Of a stretch of 64,000 nucleotides of DNA, positions 57,984-64,000 are shown in pieces. Numbering within the stretch: the first letter of the stretch is position 1; every line of letters begins with the position of its first letter. Both the position numbers and the translations under genes were made by a program. This DNA comes from a virus (taxonomy: Duplodnaviria; Caudoviricetes): the IMG/VR virus record IMGVR_UViG_3300010163_000012, positions 37,804 to 101,803 of that record; one strand, given 5' to 3'. The notes under the pieces were generated by a model. It ran no database searches, was not told where the DNA came from, and was given only the letters and a program-made list of their open reading frames with translations.

Positions 57984-60065
57984 TCACTTCCTGACGTGGA
58001 CAATGACTTCCAGTCAGATAAACGTCAAGAGGTTAAGGAGTATATAGAACGTCGTTATAACCACGATGGTAAACAGCGTGTGTTTTCTGCCGGTACATTC
58101 ACAACTCTAAAAGCCAAGGCTGTTATCAAAGACGTGGCCCGCACAATGCGTATTAGCCCATCATTGGTAAATTACTTGACTGCTATTATAGAGGATGATG
58201 GTGCCGATTACACAGAGATTTTCAAGCTGGCCGCTACCAATAAAAAGATTGCAAAATTTATCCATGACTACCCGCAGTTGTTCGAGGATATTCGGACACT
58301 GATGTTCCAGCCTCGCTCCAGTTCCGTTCATGCGTCGGCACTTCTCGTTACTCCGGACGATATGGATGGCGAAGATGTAGAATGCTTTGATTTTGTACCT
58401 ATCAAAAAGGTTGATGACATCCTTGTAAGCGAGAATAGTGGTTACGATCTCGATGAACTGGGTTTGCTTAAAAACGACTGCTTAGCAACGAAAGAACTTT
58501 CTAAACTTCACCAGACTTTTGATTTGGTCAATGAGCATTATAATGCCTGCATTACAATGGAAAGTGTTGTGGAAAGCGATTTGGCAGATGAACGTGCATA
58601 CGAATTATTGCGTCAAGGGTTCACACAGAATGTCTTCCAACTTTCATCACGTGGCATGACAAAGTTCTTGGTCGAAATGCAGCCAACCTGTATTCACGAT
58701 CTTATTGCAGCCAACGCCCTGTTCCGTCCTGCAACATTGGAAAATGGCTCAACAGAGGCTTACGTTGACCGTAAAAAGGGTTTAGTTGCGCCAACATATC
58801 TTTGGGGTACATACAACGCTTTGAACGATACTTTCGGATTGATTACCTACCAAGAGCAGGTGGCCCAGATTGCCCGTGAGGTTGGAGGCTTCTCACTGGG
58901 TGAAGGTGTGAAACTCGTGAAATTCATTTCCAAGAAAAAGACAGAAAAGATTCAGACAATGCGTGAAAAATTCTTGAAAGGATCCAAAAAGAACGGGTGC
59001 CCTATTGAGGATGCAATTGCAATTTGGCAGCAAATCGAAGCGTGTGGCTCTTATCTCTTCAACAAATCACACGCTACTGCCTATGCTGTCACCTCGTATA
59101 TCGGTGCCCACTTGAAAGCGCAATATCCTACAGCGTTCTATACAGTGGCATTAGAATGGGCAGATGATAAGGAACTTGTTCCTATCATGTCTGAAATGGA
59201 GGCTTGTAGTAATGCCAAAGTAGTGTCTCCGGACATTAACAAGAGCGCTATGAACTTTTATACTGATTATGAAACCAATCAAATATTCTGGTCACTTTCT
59301 CGCATTAAGATGGTTGGTACGAAAGCTGTTGATTGGATTATCAACGAACGGAATAAAAATGGTGAATTTACCAGTGTGATAAACTTCATTGAACGTATAT
59401 TCAAATACAAACTCAAAAAGTATCAATACTGGGATGACCCGGATAATGAAGATGAAATACAACGCTGCCCGGTTAATGCCCGCCACGTTCTAAACCTTAT
59501 CTTCGCCGGTTGCTTTGACAAAATAGAAAATGCGCTGTCAGTAGTTGAACGATATGCGATAGTAGAAAAGGCAGCGGAAACTCTTGGGTTTGAAATCAAG
59601 CAAAAAGACTTCCCTGACGATTTGAGAAACAAACATTATTTCTGGTCTCAACAGCAAATCAAAGTGTCTGGTCTTGGAGCTATCGACTACAAACGAATAT
59701 ATGACAACAGCGAAATAAAAGAGCAGATTCGTGGCCGAGCAGCATACACGACGTTGAAAGACTCTTTAAGTGAAGATAAAGATGGAAGAAAAGCCGCAAT
59801 CGCAGCAACCATCGTTGAAATGGAAGAAAAGAAATTCACCAGTAAGAAAACCGGCGAGCAAGAAGTATTCTGTAAAGTTACCCTTCAGCAGAACAACGAT
59901 ATGGCAGAGCTGATAATATGGCCGGAAGAGTATCGTAATGCTCGTGCTTTACTGGTAGGGGCTAAGAATAAATTGATAGTCTGCATGGCTACCGTAAAAT
60001 ACAGCGATTATGTAGGTCATAATAATCTCCAACTAACACGTAATAATTTTATTGAAATAATATGA
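57888..60065 (+). CDS. dnaE: DNA polymerase III alpha, C-terminal half starting with a degenerate Hint-C fragment
   Basis: SLPDVDNDF (two catalytic Asp), HASA, LLKNDCL (third Asp), VFQL, LFRP, YQEQ, YLFNKSHATAY, PDINKS, C-terminal OB fold. Start placed at ATG 57888. Confidence 0.92.
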   Translation: MKIIKIQEYNTKRPVKVLDCFVDSGYIKKEHGSLPDVDNDFQSDKRQEVKEYIERRYNHDGKQRVFSAGTFTTLKAKAVIKDVARTMRISPSLVNYLTAIIEDDGADYTEIFKLAATNKKIAKFIHDYPQLFEDIRTLMFQPRSSSVHASALLVTPDDMDGEDVECFDFVPIKKVDDILVSENSGYDLDELGLLKNDCLATKELSKLHQTFDLVNEHYNACITMESVVESDLADERAYELLRQGFTQNVFQLSSRGMTKFLVEMQPTCIHDLIAANALFRPATLENGSTEAYVDRKKGLVAPTYLWGTYNALNDTFGLITYQEQVAQIAREVGGFSLGEGVKLVKFISKKKTEKIQTMREKFLKGSKKNGCPIEDAIAIWQQIEACGSYLFNKSHATAYAVTSYIGAHLKAQYPTAFYTVALEWADDKELVPIMSEMEACSNAKVVSPDINKSAMNFYTDYETNQIFWSLSRIKMVGTKAVDWIINERNKNGEFTSVINFIERIFKYKLKKYQYWDDPDNEDEIQRCPVNARHVLNLIFAGCFDKIENALSVVERYAIVEKAAETLGFEIKQKDFPDDLRNKHYFWSQQQIKVSGLGAIDYKRIYDNSEIKEQIRGRAAYTTLKDSLSEDKDGRKAAIAATIVEMEEKKFTSKKTGEQEVFCKVTLQQNNDMAELIIWPEEYRNARALLVGAKNKLIVCMATVKYSDYVGHNNLQLTRNNFIEII

Positions 60066-60577
60066 AACCCTTAATTATTTGCATCGTGGGTGCATCTGGA
60101 AGCGGCAAGACGACTGCTTCCATGATTCTCCAGCAACAATTTGGCTGGAACGCCATCGTATCGTACACCACACGCCCTATGCGCGAGGGAGAAATCAATG
60201 GTAAAGATCATTGGTTTGTCGGTAAAGACAAAGTGCCGCCGCAAAACAAGATGTGTGCCTATACTAAATTTGGCGGTTATGAGTATTGGACGGAATGGAA
60301 CCAGTTCTTGACACTCTTCCCCAATGTGTACGTGATTGATGAAAAAGGTCTTGTAAATCTGCAAAGCAAAGAATCAACCCCTTTCCCAATTACCTTGGTA
60401 ACAATCAAAATCAAACGTGATAATCTGGAAGAAATTGATGAGAAGCGAAGAGAACGAGACAATGAGCGCATCCACATCCCAGACGAACTGTACGATTATG
60501 TCATTGACAACAATGGTACAATAGAGAGATTTCGTACTCTCCTTTATTTAACAGCACAATGTATAATTCAAAAATAA
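60062..60577 (+). CDS. gmk: Guanylate kinase-like protein
   Basis: GASGSGKT and SYTTRPMREGEINGKDHWFV. Confidence 0.85.
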   Translation: MKPLIICIVGASGSGKTTASMILQQQFGWNAIVSYTTRPMREGEINGKDHWFVGKDKVPPQNKMCAYTKFGGYEYWTEWNQFLTLFPNVYVIDEKGLVNLQSKESTPFPITLVTIKIKRDNLEEIDEKRRERDNERIHIPDELYDYVIDNNGTIERFRTLLYLTAQCIIQK

Positions 60578-60584
60578 TAAGAAT

Positions 60585-61364
60585 ATGGCAGCACCTAAAG
60601 AAGAATCTCCGATATTGGTAGCATTTACAATTGACTTTGAGACTGGCGGTCTGAAATGTCAAACATCGGCCTGTACTCAGATAGCAGTACATGCCACTCG
60701 ACTCGATACATTTGAAAAAATTGGCACATACCAAAGTTATATTGCTCCCTATAATCGCAAAGAGATAGCCGGTACCACAAAAAAACGAAAGACACTGAAG
60801 TCCAAATATGACAATGACGATGCAGTGTCAATGGATTATGAGACCAGAGCATTGGAGTATTCGGCTATTACTATGGATATGCTGGAATCCTATGGCAAGC
60901 CGATTGAAATTGTTGCACAAGAAGTTCTTCAGTTTATGATAGATAACACGCCAAAATGCCCTAAAAACATGAAGCCATTCCTGATCGGACAGCATATCGC
61001 ATTTGACGAGGGCTTCCTTTGCCAGATGTTTGAGTACGCCGGTTTGATGAATGAACTGAAAAAAGTTCTTAGAGGGGATGAGGATTTCTATGGCAACTGG
61101 CATCCACTTTATGTAGATACAATTGTTTTGGGACAGCTTGCCTTGTGTCATTTGCCTAATGTCAATTCATATAAACTGGAAATTATGTGCGAGAATCTGG
61201 GGATTGAGCTGGACGATGCCCATGATGCGGATGCAGACGTATCAGCTACCACAAATGTCGCCGCTGTCCTCACCCAGCGTATGAGAAGCATTGGCGGAGA
61301 ATATGAAGGTGAAGATCTTGCAATTTCCAAAGCTGAAAAATCCCGTAAACATTTCAAAATTTGA
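60585..61364 (+). CDS. DEDDh 3'-5' exonuclease (DnaQ/epsilon-like)
   Basis: IDFETGG, GQHIAFD and AHDADADV motifs. Confidence 0.88.
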   Translation: MAAPKEESPILVAFTIDFETGGLKCQTSACTQIAVHATRLDTFEKIGTYQSYIAPYNRKEIAGTTKKRKTLKSKYDNDDAVSMDYETRALEYSAITMDMLESYGKPIEIVAQEVLQFMIDNTPKCPKNMKPFLIGQHIAFDEGFLCQMFEYAGLMNELKKVLRGDEDFYGNWHPLYVDTIVLGQLALCHLPNVNSYKLEIMCENLGIELDDAHDADADVSATTNVAAVLTQRMRSIGGEYEGEDLAISKAEKSRKHFKI

Positions 61365-61642
61365 TAGCCATGTCAGAACAAAAACAAGAAGGAGCATATT
61401 CCCATGTTGATGAACCGGTAGTACAATTCAAGGTAAATTCCGACCGAATCATTCGTGAAGTGATCAATGCTGATACCAAACAAGTGCTTGTCCACATATC
61501 CGGTTACGACCTCCAAATCAATTTCAATATGCAATATTTGAAATCTATAGAAGATGTAGAAGCGGCTTGTGGCGGTATTGCACAGCTGTTCCGTGACACC
61601 ATCATGGAAAAATTGCTGGAAGGGAATAAACCAGCAGAGTAA
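61361..61642 (+). CDS. Hypothetical protein
   Basis: ORF coupled to the exonuclease gene. May start at ATG 61370. Confidence 0.6.
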   Translation: MIAMSEQKQEGAYSHVDEPVVQFKVNSDRIIREVINADTKQVLVHISGYDLQINFNMQYLKSIEDVEAACGGIAQLFRDTIMEKLLEGNKPAE

Positions 61643-61705
61643 AAAACGACTATTCGTTAATGAGCGCGGGTTATCATAAAGAAAGCCCGGCATTAACGAA
61701 TTAGC

Positions 61706-62182
61706 GTGCAAATGGAAAATAAGAATATTCTTACAGACCAAGAAATACTTTTTTGTGACCTCTATGCAAACGGAGAAGCGCCTTATGGCGGTAATGCTGC
61801 AAGGTGCTATAAGGAAGTGTTTGGCGATAGAACACATCGCACAAAAAGTCTCGCTACTCGTATGTTAGCTCGTCCTGAGATTCAAGAATATCTGAAGTCT
61901 CTCGACGAACTTCCGTATGAGGAGGCTAAATACATGAAAACCTTCTTACGTGAAAATCTTGTAAGCATTATAAAAGAATGTTCAAGTGCAGAATACAGAG
62001 ACCGGAGAGGAACGCTGCAATCTCCAGCAGCACTCCGTAGTGTAGCGGTAAACGCTTCTAAAGCCTTGATGGATTTATACCCTGTCAAAGAAGCGAATGT
62101 GAGCAAAATCAATATCGATGGTGCTGGAGAGGGCGGCATCACTTTTAACGTAATTATGCCTGACCAATCTGATATAAAATGA
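61706..62182 (+). CDS. Terminase small subunit
   Basis: LTDQEILFCDLY...NAARCY...A.RML..PEIQEYL is the typical TerS N-terminal HTH pattern. Confidence 0.7.
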   Translation: MQMENKNILTDQEILFCDLYANGEAPYGGNAARCYKEVFGDRTHRTKSLATRMLARPEIQEYLKSLDELPYEEAKYMKTFLRENLVSIIKECSSAEYRDRRGTLQSPAALRSVAVNASKALMDLYPVKEANVSKINIDGAGEGGITFNVIMPDQSDIK

Positions 62183-62799
62183 TAAGTATCATGGAATATT
62201 TACCTACAATTCTTAGTGCGATCGGTACAATCCTTGCGGCATGGTTTTCTTATAATCAATATACGAAAAATAAGATGACCGATTTGAAAATCGAAAAGTT
62301 CAAGCGAGACGAAGAAACAAGAAGCAATAGACGTGCAGACAATTCCTCAATTGTATATGGAGAATTGTGGACTGTGCTTCACGCGCTTAATGCAGACCGG
62401 GTATATATCGTTCAGCCGCATCCTTTAGGCAATGAAAGCCTGTTGTCGATATATTATGAAGTCAAGAGGAAAGGCATTGAGCCTATGAAGCCTCACGTTC
62501 AAAATTTACACATATCTGATGTTGCAAAATTCAGTAGTGATCTCGTGAAAAACCTGTTTATGTATATAACAGATATAGACAAGGAAGTAAATGATAAATG
62601 TGCTCAATCAATTCTTTCCAGTTACGGTTGTCAAGCAGCAATGGTTAAACGCCTCAATGATAACCGATATGACTGGATCGGCAGTATCTTCTGTGAGTTC
62701 ACACATCCGATTGATGTACCAGAGGAAGAAGCACGTGAAATCATGCACGAAGCGGCAAAAAACATCCAATATCTTTTGCCCGAAATCAGACAAAATTAA
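62179..62799 (+). CDS. Putative holin: single N-terminal transmembrane helix plus GAF-like domain
   Basis: Hydrophobic LPTILSAIGTILAAWFSY, then L..LNADRVYI..H...WIG.I.CEF. Architecture resembles T4 holin T. Confidence 0.45.
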   Translation: MISIMEYLPTILSAIGTILAAWFSYNQYTKNKMTDLKIEKFKRDEETRSNRRADNSSIVYGELWTVLHALNADRVYIVQPHPLGNESLLSIYYEVKRKGIEPMKPHVQNLHISDVAKFSSDLVKNLFMYITDIDKEVNDKCAQSILSSYGCQAAMVKRLNDNRYDWIGSIFCEFTHPIDVPEEEAREIMHEAAKNIQYLLPEIRQN

Positions 62800-62811
62800 C
62801 GGCGTGTTAGA

Positions 62812-63012
62812 ATGAAACCTGGGGATAAAATCATAATTCTTCCGTCTTTTACCTTGTCAGAGATGAGACTGGATTCTCTTGTAGGATTGACTGCGACAAT
62901 CGTTGAAGTAAATGAAACTTTCGGCTACATCAAAGGCTGCTGGATAGAGCTTCCCGGCAAATATCTTGGAGAACGAGAATGGTATATTCCCTATAACTCA
63001 ATAGGTATATGA
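62812..63012 (+). CDS. Hypothetical small beta-barrel (KOW/SH3-like) protein
   Basis: MKPGDKIII...VG.TATIVEV pattern. Confidence 0.5.
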   Translation: MKPGDKIIILPSFTLSEMRLDSLVGLTATIVEVNETFGYIKGCWIELPGKYLGEREWYIPYNSIGI

Positions 63013-63530
63013 AAGCAAACACATTTTTGAGCGGTTGCCTAATCACTTTAGCTGTAGTATTGGGCACTGCTTTGCTTTATCACGGATGTCAAAGAGACCG
63101 TGTTGAATTTGATTCAAAATCAAAAACCGAAGTAAAGTATGATACAATACCGGTGTTTATTGATACGCCCGTACCAAAGGACAGCCTTGTTATTCGATAC
63201 AAAATTGTCAAGGTTCCGGTGTACGACACCATTAAAGCTTCTCTTGCTGACACGCTTTCATCTGACAGTACATTTGCTGTTCTGCCGATTACCCAGAAAC
63301 ATTACAGTGATTCTACCTATGAGGCTTGGGTAAGTGGTTATGACCCGGCTTTGGATAGCATTAGAGTATTTAAACCGGTAATGACTATTACAAATACTAT
63401 AACTAATACAGAAATTAGATATAAGCAAAAACGCTGGGGTATTGGTGTACAGGTAGGTGCCGGATTAACCCCGAACAAGATTGAACCTTATATCGGCATT
63501 GGCGTAACCTATAATATACTGTTGTGGTGA
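63009..63530 (+). CDS. Putative spanin-like/lysis accessory membrane protein (DUF6808-like)
   Basis: N-terminal hydrophobic signal, Y.AWVSGY...LDSI and KRWGIGVQ.G...PYIGIGV.YN. Confidence 0.5.
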   Translation: MKANTFLSGCLITLAVVLGTALLYHGCQRDRVEFDSKSKTEVKYDTIPVFIDTPVPKDSLVIRYKIVKVPVYDTIKASLADTLSSDSTFAVLPITQKHYSDSTYEAWVSGYDPALDSIRVFKPVMTITNTITNTEIRYKQKRWGIGVQVGAGLTPNKIEPYIGIGVTYNILLW

Positions 63531-63581
63531 TTCAACAGTGCCAGCATCTGCACAAGCAGCAGACTTGCACTATAAAAAAGA

Positions 63582-63623
63582 AGACGTGGAGGAGGTTTAG
63601 GAAGACTTCCTCCACGTCTATTT
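63582..63623 (+). terminator. Terminator after lysis genes
   Basis: AGACGTGGAGGAGGT / ACTTCCTCCACGTCT stem. Confidence 0.7.
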
Positions 63624-63667
63624 ACAACATTATCATCAAGATAAACGTTAATAAATCAAAGAACACT

Positions 63668-63718
63668 ATTTTTAAGTGCTTGAAAATTTGTGGCAGTAAA
63701 ATAATTGTCGTAACTTTG
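63668..63718 (+). promoter_or_regulatory. Palindromic operator (63668-63687) plus TAACTTTG -7 box (63711-63718)
   Basis: ATTTTTAAGTGCTTGAAAAT and a TAnnTTTG consensus. Confidence 0.65.
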
Positions 63719-63748
63719 CAGAACAATAACTAAATAAAATCAATTGAT

Positions 63749-63883
63749 ATGGAAACGACAAACACGATCAGAATCCCGAATCCTTCCAGGGAGTTAGTCG
63801 CTTTCATAGAGAAAGTGCAGCAACAAAAGAAGGAGCGTATGCAAAAAATCTGTAACAAATACCGTAAACTTACCAACGGTTAA
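63749..63883 (+). CDS. Small hypothetical protein (44 aa; not in the ORF track)
   Basis: METTNTIRIPNPSRELVAFIEKVQQQKKERMQKICNKYRKLTNG*. Follows the promoter, TAATG overlap with the next ORF. Confidence 0.6.
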   Translation: METTNTIRIPNPSRELVAFIEKVQQQKKERMQKICNKYRKLTNG

Positions 63884-64000
63884 TGGACTCTGTAGAAACT
63901 TTAATTCCCGATAATGAGGGCAATCATTTAGTGGTTGTCCTCAATTTCTATGAGGACAGCCAGAAAACCGATACATTTCAAATACCGTCTGAATTTACAG
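63883..64000 (+). CDS. Hypothetical protein (partial, runs off the right edge)
   Basis: MDSVETLIPDNEGNHLVVVLNFYEDSQ..., open to the window end. Confidence 0.5.
   Translation, partial: MDSVETLIPDNEGNHLVVVLNFYEDSQKTDTFQIPSEFT

Noticed and set aside
56340-57990. Group I/II intron or ribosomal bypass rejoining dnaE at RNA level
   Set aside because: The interval is fully occupied by tightly coupled ORFs with no room for a ribozyme core, and the junction peptides look like Hint fragments.
63524-63733. 69-aa ORF after the spanin-like gene
   Set aside because: It spans a terminator, the operator and a promoter box; most likely non-coding.
1-64000. Stop-codon reassignment (as in some gut phages), tRNA genes, CRISPR arrays, integrase
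   Set aside because: Genes are full length and densely packed under the standard code, with TAG and TGA used as real stops. No cloverleaf, repeat-spacer array or recombinase motif was seen.

Overview
The whole window is part of a large dsDNA tailed phage (or prophage) with a contractile tail. The host is most likely an anaerobic Bacteroidota member: there are four TAnnTTTG promoter boxes, a DUF4494-like gene and nrdD/nrdG. Layout: (i) 1-2397, a leftward operon (DUF4494-like, KilA-N-like, NUMOD1-like, dUTPase, and an NAD-dependent DNA ligase running off the left edge). (ii) 2645-41505, a rightward morphogenesis region with Mu-like head genes (portal, gpF-like, gpG-like), ClpP-type protease/scaffold, capsid, sheath, tube, chaperone, tape measure, baseplate and fibres. 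This region contains a complete diversity-generating retroelement (VR in a 2184-aa adhesin, hairpin, avd, TR, RT). (iii) 41642-61642, nucleotide metabolism and replication/recombination genes. (iv) 61706-64000, small terminase and putative lysis genes. Most notable: (1) DnaE is split through its active site into two genes that carry degenerate, apparently non-splicing split-intein (Hint) halves, with a Pif1-like helicase gene between them. (2) A textbook -1 frameshift signal would fuse the portal to the gpF-like head protein, in addition to the classical tail-chaperone frameshift. (3) The DGR template repeat lies in frame inside the RT ORF. (4) There is a recurring putative late-promoter motif and a 20-bp palindromic operator at three host-type promoters. 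All family assignments come from motif recognition by eye; no database searches were run.
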